NCBI GenBank assembly: GCA_963665125.2 | Contig: CAXXUK010000001.1 | Location: forward strand, 128,001 to 192,000 | Reading direction: 5' to 3' | Origin: an uncultured Desulfarculus sp. | GTDB taxonomy: Bacteria > Desulfobacterota > Desulfarculia > Desulfarculales > Desulfarculaceae | Length of the DNA: 64,000 bases | Shown here: piece after piece, positions 1 through 10,306 of the stretch | Position numbering within the stretch: position 1 is the first letter of the stretch | Layout of the letters: the number at the start of each line of letters is the position of its first letter | Made by a program: the position numbers and the translations under genes | The notes under the pieces: model-generated | What the model was told of the DNA's origin: nothing | What the model saw: only the letters and a program-made list of their open reading frames with translations | Databases searched by the model: none

Positions 1-188
1 TCTTTAGAGTCTTCGGTTTCGGTCACAGCGCAAGAAAAGTGCGAAATATTGCTGGCCGAATTAGGCCCGGAAGTGGGGCTATTTGTGGGCCGGCCCGGGT
101 AATGAAAGACTAATAGAAAGATGTTGCAAGTGTCCAAAATGGCGCGTGCGCAATGAACCTGATCAACCATTCAAAAGGAGTATGTACC

Positions 189-506
189 GTGGCGAGAAAA
201 TTTTTTGGCATCGTTAGCGTTGTATTGATCTTAGGCCTGACGGGCGCATTCATGGGGTGCAAGCCCACTCAAACCACAGAAAGCACCGGCCAGTATGTAG
301 ACAATTCCGCCATCACCGCCAAGGTAAAGGCGGCGATTTTCAACGATGAATCGCTCAAATCGCTGCAAATCAGTGTCGAAACATTCAAGGGTGAGGTTCA
401 ACTAAGTGGGTTTGTCGATTCAGAGCAGAGCGTCAAAAAGGCGGAAGAAGCCGCCCGCAGTGTTGACGGAGTCGTTTCAGTTAAAAATGACTTGATAGTG
501 AAATAA
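189..506 (+). CDS. BON-domain (OsmY-like) lipoprotein
   Basis: GTG start behind AAGGAG; signal/lipobox-like FMGC; DNSAITAKVKAAI...GEVQLSGFV BON motif. Confidence 0.88.
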   Translation: MARKFFGIVSVVLILGLTGAFMGCKPTQTTESTGQYVDNSAITAKVKAAIFNDESLKSLQISVETFKGEVQLSGFVDSEQSVKKAEEAARSVDGVVSVKNDLIVK

Positions 507-587
507 CCACTCAAACCAGGTTGGGTTGAAGCCAGTCTAGGGTTTGGAAACAAGAACACCTAGATTGGCCATAAAGGATAAAAGTAA

Positions 588-743
588 ATGCTGGGAACAA
601 TTCTGATTGTTTTGTTGATCGTTTTTATCGTTGGTTCATTCCCCACATGGTCGCATAGCAGAAGCTGGGGATACTATCCAAGCACCGGCCTTGGTTTGAT
701 CCTCTTGGTCGTGATCGTGCTCTTATTAATGGGCCGTATCTGA
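588..743 (+). CDS. DUF3309-family small membrane protein (51 aa, below the ORF-track cutoff)
   Basis: Hand translation MLGTILIVLLIVFIVGSFPTWSHSRSWGYYPSTGLGLILLVVIVLLLMGRI; characteristic PTWxHSRSWGYYPS motif. Confidence 0.88.
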   Translation: MLGTILIVLLIVFIVGSFPTWSHSRSWGYYPSTGLGLILLVVIVLLLMGRI

Positions 744-771
744 TCAAGTGCCGGACGCACATTAAAAGGAG

Positions 772-963
772 ATGTATATGATCAAGCTAACCATACTATT
801 CTTCATTCTGGCCTCTGTGGCTGGCGTCTTTGCGTTTACGGGTATTGTCGAAACCGTCCCAGGAATAGCTCAAATTTTGTTCTACGCATTCCTGGCAATT
901 TTTATCTTAAGCCTATCAAGCATGCTGTTATTTCGTCGTAGATCACGAAATCGCAAGGCCTGA
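772..963 (+). CDS. DUF1328 (YtjA-like) small membrane protein
   Basis: Two hydrophobic helices; AGVFAFTGI...IAQILFY pattern; AAGGAG RBS. Confidence 0.8.
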   Translation: MYMIKLTILFFILASVAGVFAFTGIVETVPGIAQILFYAFLAIFILSLSSMLLFRRRSRNRKA

Positions 964-1063
964 AAACAGCAGACTTAGGGCAACGGAATAAAGCAACAAA
1001 GGATATAAACCAGACTAAGTTGCGCAGAAAAACAAATAAAAAATCTATTTTGGAGGAAATATC

Positions 1064-1243
1064 ATGAAACTAAGCACCAAGAATCAAGCGCAAGGCGTGT
1101 TTCACAAGACAATGGGTAAAATCAAGGAACTCACAGGAAAGCTCAGCCTTAATTCGGAATTGGAAGGCAAAGGCAAGGACGAAGTGAGGGCCGGTAAGTT
1201 GCAGCAAAAGGTCGGAGAAGTCGAAAAGGTTGTGGGGAAGTAG
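1064..1243 (+). CDS. csbD: CsbD-family stress protein (59 aa, not in the ORF track)
   Basis: GGAGG RBS; MKLSTKNQAQGVFHKTMGKIKELTGKL...ELEGKGKDEVRAGKLQQKVGEVEKVVGK matches the CsbD pattern. Confidence 0.85.
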   Translation: MKLSTKNQAQGVFHKTMGKIKELTGKLSLNSELEGKGKDEVRAGKLQQKVGEVEKVVGK

Positions 1244-1347
1244 AAGCAAATTACGCTGGTTTGAGATCGTTATTTAAGCTTAATCGTAGAGGCCTGCCAA
1301 CCGAGTTGGGTTGGCGCGTAATGCCTACGCAAACAATGAGGTGTGCC

Positions 1348-1569
1348 ATGGACTCGCGACAACGCGAAGTGCTGATTAGCGCTACGTTCAAAGGGGTTCT
1401 GGCCGTCCGGGAGGGCGGCATGATCATCGAGACGCCTTATTGCCGCTATCCGGTGACCGGCGACAACCTGGACCGCTATCTGGGCGATAAGGTGGAAATC
1501 CACGGGCTGTTGGCCGACGAAGCCGGGCGCCACAGGGTTATGCAGGTGGATTCTTGCCGTTTGATCTGA
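1348..1569 (+). CDS. hypothetical small beta-rich protein
   Basis: ATG behind GAGGTG inside ORF 1261..1569. Confidence 0.5.
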   Translation: MDSRQREVLISATFKGVLAVREGGMIIETPYCRYPVTGDNLDRYLGDKVEIHGLLADEAGRHRVMQVDSCRLI

Positions 1570-1715
1570 TTTGAATTACAGGCCGCCCCGTCCCGGGCCG
1601 CAGCGGATGGTTCACCAACGTCACCGAAGGCGCAGGGGTGCAATGTCAAAGAAATGGTTAATTCCGCGCCTGAGATGGTGCTCACGTACATCCAGATTAA
1701 AAAGGAGGATGCAAA

Positions 1716-3218
1716 ATGAAAGCACTTCTTATCTACCCACGGAGCCCGGACACTTTCTGGAGCTTCAAGCACGCCCTCAAGTTCATCTCCAAGAAGGCTC
1801 TGCATCCGCCGTTGGGCCTGCTTACCGTTGCAGCCATGCTGCCTGAAGCCTGGGACAAAAAACTCATAGACGAAAATGTGGAGCCACTGAAAGACAAGCA
1901 TCTGGAATGGGCCGAGTGCGTTTTCATCAGCGCCATGGACATCCAGCGCGAATCGGTGAACCGAGTTGTGGCCCGCTGCCTGGAAAAGGGAGTCACCGTG
2001 GTCGCAGGAGGGCCGTTATTCACCGCCTGTCATCAGGAATTCGGCGACATAGACCATTTTGTCCTGGGCGAAGCCGAGATTACCCTCCCCGCGTTTCTGC
2101 GCGACTTTGCGGCCGGCCAGGCAAAGGCGGTCTACACCACGGACCAGTTCCCCGGCTTGTCGGAGACCCCCAAGCCCATGCTGAGCTTGATTAAACCCAA
2201 GCGCTACGCCTCCATGAACGTGCAGTATTCCAGAGGCTGCCCCTTTAACTGTGAGTTCTGCGACATAACCGCGCTTTTCGGCCGCAAGGTGCGCACCAAA
2301 AGCGCCGCGCAAATGCTTGCCGAATTCGAAAACGTTTACGCCACAGGCTGGCGGGGCTCCCTTTTCATTGTCGATGACAACTTCATAGGCAACAAAACCA
2401 AGCTCAAGACAGAGATCCTGCCTGCCATATGTGAGTGGATGGGTGCGCATAACTACCCGTTTGCGCTGTCAACCGAAGCGTCAATAGACCTCAGCGATGA
2501 TGCGGAGTTGATGACCCTGATGGCGCGGGCCGGCTTTAATGGAGTGTTCGTGGGCATAGAGACGCCCAACGAGGAGAGTTTGGCCGAGTGCAATAAAATG
2601 CAAAACCGGAACCGCGATATGATCGCCTGCGTGAAAAAAATTCAGAGCTTTGGCATTGAAGTGCGCGGCGGCTTCATTGTCGGCTTTGACAATGATACTC
2701 CTTTGGTTTTTGACCAGCAGATAGAGATGATTCAAAACAGCCGGATCGTTACGGCCATGGTGGGGCTATTGAATGCTCCCAAGGGCAGTCGGCTCTACAA
2801 GCGAATTGCCGATGAAGGACGTTTGCTCAGCGATACTTCCGGCGACAACACTGATTTTTCCACAAATGTGCACCCCAAAATGGGCTTGGAGGCCTTATCC
2901 CAGGGTTATCGCCGCGTAATCAGTGGCATTTATTCCCCGAAACCGTATTACGCACGGGTACGGGAATACCTGCGGACATACACCCCCCAGCAAAGAAAGA
3001 AGTTGAGGCTCCATCTCGGACATTTGCAAATGCACTCGGGTTATGCCTCGGCCTTTATTAAATCACTGCTCGTGCTGGGCATCAAGGACGAGGCCCGTTT
3101 TCATTACTGGAAGTTGTTTTTCTGGTCTTTGTTCCGGAAGCCAAAGCTGTTTCCCATGGCCATAACCTATGCCATTTATGGTTTTCACTTCCGCAAGGTT
3201 TTCGAGGAAAGCCTTTGA
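1716..3218 (+). CDS. B12-binding-domain radical SAM protein (DUF4070 type)
   Basis: PPLGLLTVAAMLP N-terminal B12-binding region; SRGCPFNCEFC CxxxCxxC motif; AGGAGG RBS. Confidence 0.92.
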   Translation: MKALLIYPRSPDTFWSFKHALKFISKKALHPPLGLLTVAAMLPEAWDKKLIDENVEPLKDKHLEWAECVFISAMDIQRESVNRVVARCLEKGVTVVAGGPLFTACHQEFGDIDHFVLGEAEITLPAFLRDFAAGQAKAVYTTDQFPGLSETPKPMLSLIKPKRYASMNVQYSRGCPFNCEFCDITALFGRKVRTKSAAQMLAEFENVYATGWRGSLFIVDDNFIGNKTKLKTEILPAICEWMGAHNYPFALSTEASIDLSDDAELMTLMARAGFNGVFVGIETPNEESLAECNKMQNRNRDMIACVKKIQSFGIEVRGGFIVGFDNDTPLVFDQQIEMIQNSRIVTAMVGLLNAPKGSRLYKRIADEGRLLSDTSGDNTDFSTNVHPKMGLEALSQGYRRVISGIYSPKPYYARVREYLRTYTPQQRKKLRLHLGHLQMHSGYASAFIKSLLVLGIKDEARFHYWKLFFWSLFRKPKLFPMAITYAIYGFHFRKVFEESL

Positions 3219-3254
3219 AGAGTAAGGTAACTCCCGCTTTTTGAGGAGATTCGC

Positions 3255-5702
3255 ATGAAAAAGTATTTCAGGAAAACACTCTTCTACGATGTGAATGACA
3301 ATATCGACAGTAGGTTGGACGACCAAATAGTCCACCTGCGATTAAGGCTGATCGAATTTGCCGCAACGCACACGCTGGATGAACTATTGACCAAGGCTTT
3401 GGATGAAATTTGCGTAATTGTTGATAGTACCATTGGTTTTTACCACTTTGTCGAACCTGATCAAAAACACCTTTCTCTGCAGCAGTGGTCAACACGCACC
3501 CTGGCTGATTTCTGCCAAGCAGAAGGAAAGGGACTGCATTATCCAATTGAACAGGCCGGTGTTTGGGCGGATTGTGCGAGAGAGAAAAAAGCGGTTATTC
3601 ACAACGACTACGCTTCTTTGAAACACAAAAAGGGAATGCCGGTTGGTCACGCGAAGATCATTCGCGAATTAGTGGTCCCTGCCATACGGAAAGACAAGGT
3701 CGTCGCTATCCTGGGCGTCGGCAATAAGCCTGAAGATTATAATGAAAGTGACGTAAAAATATTATCTTATCTTTCGGATGTGACATGGGAGACTGTCAAA
3801 ATGAAAATATGCGAAGCGGCATTGATTGCTTCTGAAAAACGCTATAGGCGCCTTTTTGAAGCTGCCCGTGATGGCATTTTGATCCTTGATGCCGATACAG
3901 GCAAGGTGGTGGATGTAAATCCATTTGTCCTAGAGTTGCTTGGTTATTCTTACGGCGATATAGCTGGGAAATTTATTTGGGAAATTGGTGCGTTCAAAGA
4001 CGTTACCGCTTCCAAGGACGCATTTGTCCACCTGCAACAGCACGAATACATTCGATATGATGATTTGCCGTTGGAAACAGCCGATGGGTGTGTCGTCGAG
4101 GTTGAGTTCATAAGTAATGTTTACCTGGTAGACCAGGCAAAGGTCATACAATGCAACATCCGTGACATCACCGAGCGCAAGCAGGCCGACGCCGAACGCA
4201 TCCGACTGCTGACTGCCATTGAGCAGGTGGGCGAAACGATCATGATCACCAACCCGGATGGGGTTATCCAATACGTAAACCCTGCTTTTGAGAAGGCGAC
4301 CGGTTACACCAGCCAAGAGGCGGTCGGGAAAAATGCACGCCTGTTGAATAGCGGCAAACAGAGCCCTGAGTATTATCGAAATTTGTGGGAGAGCATATCC
4401 GGTGGCAATGTTTTTGTTGGACGCATGGTCAACAAAAACAAAGACGGCACCCTTTTCACTGCTGATATATCGATTTCTCCGATTTGTGACCACTCAGGCA
4501 AACTCGTCAACTATGTGGCCGTACAACGCGATATTACAGAAAAATTGCAACTGGAAAACCAGTACCACCAGGCGCAGAAGATGGAATCCGTGGGCAGGCT
4601 GGCCGGTGGAGTAGCCCACGACATCAACAATATGCTCTGCGTCATTAACGGATTCACAGACTTGGCAATGGAGAAGATAGACCCTGCAGATTCTCTGTAT
4701 GCCGATCTCAAAGAGATTTTAAAAGCCACCGAGCGTTCCTCGGCCATCGTCCAACAATTACTTGCCTTCTCCCGCAAGCAGGCCATCAGCCCCAAGGTCG
4801 TTGACGTAAACAAGACCGTGGAGGCTTTGCTCAAGATGCTCCGGCGTCTTATCGGCGAAAATATCGATCTGAATTGGCTGCCAGAATCGGGCCTGTGGCC
4901 GGTTAATTTGGATCCTGGCCAGTTTGATCAGATTCTGGCCAATCTATGCGTCAACTCCCGTGATGCCATCTCCGGTGTAGGCAATATCACCATCGAGACG
5001 CGCAATGCGACTTTTGATGAGAAGTATTGTGATGGTCACATGGGATATATACCCGGCGATTTTATCCAATTGGTTGTCAGGGATGATGGTTGCGGTTTGG
5101 ACAAAAAAACAATGGACAAAATTTTCGAACCATTTTTCACCACAAAGGATATGGACAAGGGTACCGGCTTGGGGTTATCGATGGTCTTCGGCATAGTTAA
5201 TCAAAACAAGGGTTTTATTATTGTAAACAGCGAACCTGGCAACGGTTCGACATTCAACGTTTATCTGCCGCGCCATATTGGTGAGGGGAAAAAGACAAGA
5301 CCGGCAACCGTTCCGGAAATGTCTTCAAGCCACGGTGAGATGGTGCTCCTAGTGGAAGACGAACTGTCGCTGATGAGAATGGGCCAGATCATGCTGGAAA
5401 ACATGGGATACAAAGTGTTGGCCGCTGCCACACCAAATGAGGCTATGTACCTAGCCCAAAAACATGCCGGCGAAATCAGCCTACTAATCACCGATGTGGT
5501 AATGCCAAAAATGAACGGCAGAGATATGGCGGATAAAATACGAATCATATATCCAAATATTAAAACGCTTTTTATGTCGGGATACACCTCCGATGTGTTT
5601 GATAAAATAGGCGGGATAAAAGAAAGCAAAAAATTCATTCAAAAACCATTTACCCGCCAGGAGTTTACCTCTAAAGTCAGGGCATTGCTGGATAGGGCAT
5701 GA
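3255..5702 (+). CDS. GAF/PAS hybrid sensor histidine kinase-response regulator
   Basis: GAF and two PAS domains; H-box LAGGVAHDINN; FEPFFTTK and GTGLGL boxes; C-terminal receiver (LLVEDE, TDVVMP, QKPF). Confidence 0.93.
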   Translation: MKKYFRKTLFYDVNDNIDSRLDDQIVHLRLRLIEFAATHTLDELLTKALDEICVIVDSTIGFYHFVEPDQKHLSLQQWSTRTLADFCQAEGKGLHYPIEQAGVWADCAREKKAVIHNDYASLKHKKGMPVGHAKIIRELVVPAIRKDKVVAILGVGNKPEDYNESDVKILSYLSDVTWETVKMKICEAALIASEKRYRRLFEAARDGILILDADTGKVVDVNPFVLELLGYSYGDIAGKFIWEIGAFKDVTASKDAFVHLQQHEYIRYDDLPLETADGCVVEVEFISNVYLVDQAKVIQCNIRDITERKQADAERIRLLTAIEQVGETIMITNPDGVIQYVNPAFEKATGYTSQEAVGKNARLLNSGKQSPEYYRNLWESISGGNVFVGRMVNKNKDGTLFTADISISPICDHSGKLVNYVAVQRDITEKLQLENQYHQAQKMESVGRLAGGVAHDINNMLCVINGFTDLAMEKIDPADSLYADLKEILKATERSSAIVQQLLAFSRKQAISPKVVDVNKTVEALLKMLRRLIGENIDLNWLPESGLWPVNLDPGQFDQILANLCVNSRDAISGVGNITIETRNATFDEKYCDGHMGYIPGDFIQLVVRDDGCGLDKKTMDKIFEPFFTTKDMDKGTGLGLSMVFGIVNQNKGFIIVNSEPGNGSTFNVYLPRHIGEGKKTRPATVPEMSSSHGEMVLLVEDELSLMRMGQIMLENMGYKVLAAATPNEAMYLAQKHAGEISLLITDVVMPKMNGRDMADKIRIIYPNIKTLFMSGYTSDVFDKIGGIKESKKFIQKPFTRQEFTSKVRALLDRA

Positions 5703-5901
5703 CCCACATATTATTACTTAAATTGTAATATTTACCTCGTTTGGCCGGCAGGTAAACATATTAATCTAATTTGCTTGTTTTGCCAATTAGTTGGGCTAAC
5801 TTCACCATAATCAAACGACTAATTATTATAATTTAAATTGGATCATAAATATTTTAAATAATGTCAATCAGAGAAACACGACTTTTGGCGACTATGAAAA
5901 G

Positions 5902-6468
5902 ATGCCCATGAATTCCAAACGGAACAAGTTTTACGCGGCCTTGGTTACCATGATTTCATTGTTGCTCATCGTTGCATCGCTGACAATCGGCCGTTGGGGG
6001 CCATGGCTGGCCGCCGACCGCCAAGGGCCTTTTCCGCCTGCGACCATCAACAATGACTTGGCAACGATAAAGAGCAATATCCTGAGGATCCAGGTGATCA
6101 TGGAAAACCTGGTATTTTCCAAGTATCCGGCGGAATTGGCCAACCATGTCGCGGACATCGACCAGCTTGAGGCAGCCATATCCAATGATTTCAATGAAAT
6201 GAGTAGCGGCCTTAGCAAAGACAATGCTCAATACCAAAAGGCCCTGGACTTGTTTCGCCAGTGGAAAAGCATCAGGGATGAGGCCATCAGCCTCACCGAG
6301 GCCGGCCCGTCTCCAACGGCCAAGGCCTTGGTCCTCGGCAAATGCGCGGATCATGCCCGAAAAATTCAAGCGGCCCTGGTGAAATTGGGCGCATTTTCCC
6401 GAAAAAGATCGGATGACTTTGATTCAGCAGCCTCTGCTGCCGCTCGGGAGAAGGGTGCCAATAAATAG
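5902..6468 (+). CDS. stand-alone or truncated MCP-type four-helix-bundle sensor domain
   Basis: One N-terminal TM followed by a helical 4HB-like region (LFRQWKSIRDEAI); no second TM or signalling domain. Confidence 0.55.
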   Translation: MPMNSKRNKFYAALVTMISLLLIVASLTIGRWGPWLAADRQGPFPPATINNDLATIKSNILRIQVIMENLVFSKYPAELANHVADIDQLEAAISNDFNEMSSGLSKDNAQYQKALDLFRQWKSIRDEAISLTEAGPSPTAKALVLGKCADHARKIQAALVKLGAFSRKRSDDFDSAASAAAREKGANK

Positions 6469-6650
6469 AAGATATTGACAATCTCATAATTTACTGTACG
6501 TTTATAAATATCCTTACAGCCCAATAAGTCGCTACGCATAATACCTATCCAGGTGCTTCATAACTAGCCCACAATTTCGGCTCTACGGTTAAAGCAAACT
6601 ACCATCGAGGTGGTATGCACCAATATGATCCCAGAAAAGGAAAATTAACA

Positions 6651-6920
6651 ATGGGAACTAACATCTATATCGGCAATTTGTCCTATGATTCCACGGAGCA
6701 GGGTATTCGCACTCTGTTCGAACAATACGGCGCGGTGCATGCGGTCAAGTTGATCGAGGATCGCGAAACCGGCCGTATGCGGGGATTCGGCTTTGTGGAG
6801 ATGGACACGGACGGCGGTAAAGACGCCATCAAGGCCCTGGACGGCCGCGAAGTAGACGGCCGCGCCATCAAAGTTAACGAGGCGAAGCCCCGCGAAGCCC
6901 GTCCACAGCGCCAGTGGTAA
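6651..6920 (+). CDS. RRM RNA-binding protein
   Basis: RNP2 IYIGNL and RNP1 RGFGFVEM motifs; VNEAKPR end. Confidence 0.93.
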   Translation: MGTNIYIGNLSYDSTEQGIRTLFEQYGAVHAVKLIEDRETGRMRGFGFVEMDTDGGKDAIKALDGREVDGRAIKVNEAKPREARPQRQW

Positions 6921-7053
6921 CCATACTAACCAATATTTAAAATCAGATGCCTACACCGGACTATTTTGCCTGGTGTAGGCATTTGCCTTCTCAAAAGGCT
7001 GGAAGGCGCCAAACGCCATTTCGGGCACCCGAAAATGAGAGACAACAAGACAT

Positions 7054-8256
7054 ATGTCCGTTGAGTCCTTTGACCAATTTGCGCTAAGCGCTCCCTTGAA
7101 AGGCGCCTTGAGCGCACTAGGGTATAAAACCCCCACCCCTGTACAGTCCGCGTCCATTACGGCGGTGCTGTCGGGGCGCGACCTTTTAGGATGTTCCCAA
7201 ACCGGCACAGGCAAAACCGGCGCTTTCGCCTTGCCCCTGCTGCAGTTACTTTCCAGGACCGGGCGTCGTCCGGCGCGGCATCAGGCCCGTTCCCTTGTGC
7301 TTACCCCCACTCGCGAGTTGGCCATGCAAATAGCCGCCAGTTTCAAGGATTACGGGCGCGGCTTGCGACTGAAACTGGGTGTGATTTACGGCGGCGTGAA
7401 ACAGTCCCCCCAGGTGCGTTCTTGTGCCAACGGCTTGGACGTCCTTGTCGCCACCCCGGGCCGGCTCCTTGACCTAATTGTTCAAGGCCATTTGTCTCTG
7501 GCATCCTTGGAAGTGTTTGTTCTGGATGAGGCCGACCGCATGCTGGACATGGGCTTTTTGCCAGATGTCAGGCGAGTCTTGGCCATGATCCCCGCCAGGA
7601 CTCAGACATTGTTCTTCTCGGCCACCATGCCGCCAGCCATCGAAAAGCTAGCCACCAGCATCCTGCACAACCCGGTGCGAGTGCAAATAGCTCCCTCGGC
7701 CACTCCTGTTGAGCGCATAGAGCAGCAAGTTCTGTTTGTGGAGCAGAACAAAAAGCTTACTCTTTTAGGTGATCTGCTTGGAGGGGCCGGCACCGTGCGC
7801 GTTATGGTGTTTGTCCGCACCAAGCACGGTGCCGACAAACTGGTGCAGCAGTTGCTGAAGACGCACGTAAGCGCAGAAGCCATTCACGGCAACAAGTCCC
7901 AGAACGCCCGGCAGAACGCTTTGGCTAACTTCCGCAACGGCCGCACCAGAGTCCTGGTGGCCACGGATATAGCCTCGCGCGGAATCGACGTGGAGGGCGT
8001 ATCCCATGTCATCAACTACGACCTGCCTAACGAGCCGGAATGCTATGTGCACCGAATCGGCCGAACCGCCCGCGCCGGCGCTGTTGGTGTGGCTATATCC
8101 TTCTGCAACTCTCATGAACGAGGTCACTTGCGCGGAATAGAAAGACTGATGCGGCGATCCGTGCCGGAATACGGCTCTGTTGCTTTGAATCCGGCGGTTA
8201 GTCCTCTGCCTCGGAACAGGCATTCACAAAGGCGCGCCCCCAGTCAGTCCGCCTGA
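7054..8256 (+). CDS. rhlE: DEAD-box RNA helicase, RhlE-like
   Basis: TGTGKT, PTRELA, DEADRMLDMGF, SAT and HRIGRTAR motifs. Confidence 0.9.
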   Translation: MSVESFDQFALSAPLKGALSALGYKTPTPVQSASITAVLSGRDLLGCSQTGTGKTGAFALPLLQLLSRTGRRPARHQARSLVLTPTRELAMQIAASFKDYGRGLRLKLGVIYGGVKQSPQVRSCANGLDVLVATPGRLLDLIVQGHLSLASLEVFVLDEADRMLDMGFLPDVRRVLAMIPARTQTLFFSATMPPAIEKLATSILHNPVRVQIAPSATPVERIEQQVLFVEQNKKLTLLGDLLGGAGTVRVMVFVRTKHGADKLVQQLLKTHVSAEAIHGNKSQNARQNALANFRNGRTRVLVATDIASRGIDVEGVSHVINYDLPNEPECYVHRIGRTARAGAVGVAISFCNSHERGHLRGIERLMRRSVPEYGSVALNPAVSPLPRNRHSQRRAPSQSA

Positions 8257-8279
8257 TTCCGATCCCAAACGGACCGGAT

Positions 8280-8972
8280 ATGCTGGTAAGGTTACACATG
8301 TCAAAAAAATCGCCTCAGGAATGCTCCTGCCTCGGGATCAACTTCTACCGGAGCCGGCACCCACGCATCCGATCGCTTAAGCGCCAGCACTCCCCCTCTA
8401 CCTATGGATACAGGGTTTGGGGGTCCTGCTGGTTGCTTATGGATTATCTCAAGGCCATGGGGCTGCCTCGCGGCCTCAAGGTCATGGAGGTGGGATGCGG
8501 TTGGGGATTGGCAGGGATATTCTGCGCACAGAACCTGGACGCGGAGGTGACAAGCGTGGACATCGATCCAGAAGTCTTCCACTATCTGCAGTTGCATGCG
8601 GAACTCAATCAAGTCAAAGTCACTACCATGCACAAGCGCTTTGAAGAACTTTCATCAATGGAGTTCGAGCAGATAGATTTGTTGATCGGAACGGATATCT
8701 GCTTTTGGGACGAGCTGTCGGGGGCTTTGCTGAGAATGATTGATCGAGCTCTGGCCTCTGGGGTGCGGCGAATTGTATTGGCGGACCCGGGCAGAAGCAG
8801 CTTCGAAAAACTGGCTTCCTCCTGTAAGGCCGCCTATGTGGCCAACGTTTTTACCCTGTCCGTCCGAAAGCCTCATGATATCATTGGCCGCATACTGACA
8901 ATAACCAATCAAGAGAAGCTTAGAGATAAGGATGGCCGTAGCGGGCAAAGGCCTGACATTTCAACGCAGTGA
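8280..8972 (+). CDS. class I SAM-dependent methyltransferase (protein-MTase-like)
   Basis: YGYRVW followed by EVGCGWGLAG motif I; ADPGR. Confidence 0.82.
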   Translation: MLVRLHMSKKSPQECSCLGINFYRSRHPRIRSLKRQHSPSTYGYRVWGSCWLLMDYLKAMGLPRGLKVMEVGCGWGLAGIFCAQNLDAEVTSVDIDPEVFHYLQLHAELNQVKVTTMHKRFEELSSMEFEQIDLLIGTDICFWDELSGALLRMIDRALASGVRRIVLADPGRSSFEKLASSCKAAYVANVFTLSVRKPHDIIGRILTITNQEKLRDKDGRSGQRPDISTQ

Positions 8973-9284
8973 TTATTTGCCGTTTGCCTTGGTAGTGGGG
9001 GCTACTAGAGATCCACGATCCCAGGTTGTTCACTCTACGGCTCGTTTCTCCCGAAAGCGGCTGAACGCTTTTAAGCCGGCTGGCAATGTATGGCAACAAT
9101 GAATGACGATTACGCCACCTCCCTTATCTAGGGGCCGTGGAGAGGTCAGTCTCACCAGTCGGCTATACCTTTAATTGCATAAATGTGTATTATTACGGTT
9201 GCTGCAAATTTTGTGGCCACGGTATGTTTCACCATGATAGAGCTGACACCCTCTCCCTTTTCACAAAAAATTGATGTTAAAAAA

Positions 9285-9394
9285 ATGACGATAGTGACGA
9301 TATCATATATATCAATAGTATATTTTCTTAGTGGTTTTAATTTTTTTCATAATTATGAAATTAGAAAACATCGTCATCATCGTCATGTCGTCAT
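9285..9394. repeat. inverted iteron-like arrays around an AT-rich core (putative replication origin)
   Basis: ATGACGAT (9285) and GTGACGAT (9294) versus ATCGTCAT (9370, 9379) and GTCGTCAT (9387). Confidence 0.6.
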
Positions 9395-9920
9395 TTGAAT
9401 TTAAAAATTTATCATTACATCCACAACCCCCAATTTTTGTGTAGAGAAGGGATGGTTAATTTATTACTTCCAAAATTACTTATTATTAATAGAACTATTT
9501 TGCAATTGATTATTAAAAGGTAGTATTTCGTCTCATTTTGACATGTGCACTATTAATTTTATAAAATATCCTTAACCCCAATACTAAGGACATTTTGTGG
9601 CTGCAAAACACACCTAAATATTGCGATGGAATAAACTTATTGAATAACTTGAATTCGTGTGATTTGGCTTTATTGTTGCATTAGTAGATGATTTGTGGTT
9701 CAAATTATGATATCAAAAACTAGCTTTCCGTTGGTCCAAATCGCCGAGCTATTTCTTGTTCTAAAATTCTATCTATTGAATATGTTATGGTTTTTAGATT
9801 ATTGAATAATCCAATTATAAATTGTAATAAACCTCATTATTTGCGACAATATACGTGACTATGTGATACGCTAAACTGGTAAATTTAATAATTTATTAGC
9901 GGCATCATTTGATAACATCT

Positions 9921-10241
9921 TCAGCTCAGTGCTTCGCAGAATATCATCACAGTCCGTAATTTATCAGTGTCCATATCATCCATTAATCTAATAACGCATT
10001 CGCGTAACTCACGGTCGCTTAGGCTAAAATCACCGTAGTTAATAAGATCTGGCAGGGGCGTGTCCAAGGCACCGGCTAAGGCCAACAATGTCTTGAAAGT
10101 TGGATTGGCTGTTCCCCGCTCGATATGACCCATGTGCTTCAGCGAAATATCAACACGCTCCGCTACCTGTTCCTGAGTCAGCTTCCTGGCTTCCCTAATT
10201 CGCCGTATTTTCAGGCCAAGTGCTTGCTGAGCTGGTTTCAT
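9921..10241 (-). CDS. XRE-family HTH regulator (resembles RM controller proteins)
   Basis: IRRIREARKLTQEQVAE...HIERGTANPTFKTL; AAGGAGG RBS. Confidence 0.9.
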   Translation of the reverse strand: MKPAQQALGLKIRRIREARKLTQEQVAERVDISLKHMGHIERGTANPTFKTLLALAGALDTPLPDLINYGDFSLSDRELRECVIRLMDDMDTDKLRTVMIFCEALS

Positions 10242-10284
10242 ACAAATCCTCCTTAAGAGAGGATAAGGTTATGTGGCCCCTAAG

Positions 10285-10306
10285 TTAAGGACATAAAAGT
10301 CCTTAA
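10285..10306. promoter_or_regulatory. palindromic operator between the divergent XRE and glycosyltransferase genes
   Basis: TTAAGGAC-ATAAAA-GTCCTTAA perfect inverted repeat. Confidence 0.6.

Noticed and set aside
1..113. 3' end of an upstream CDS
   Set aside because: Two plus-strand frames are open and too short to choose between
9183..9398. 71-aa ORF ending HRHHRHVVI
   Set aside because: The His-rich tail is just the translation of the iteron repeats
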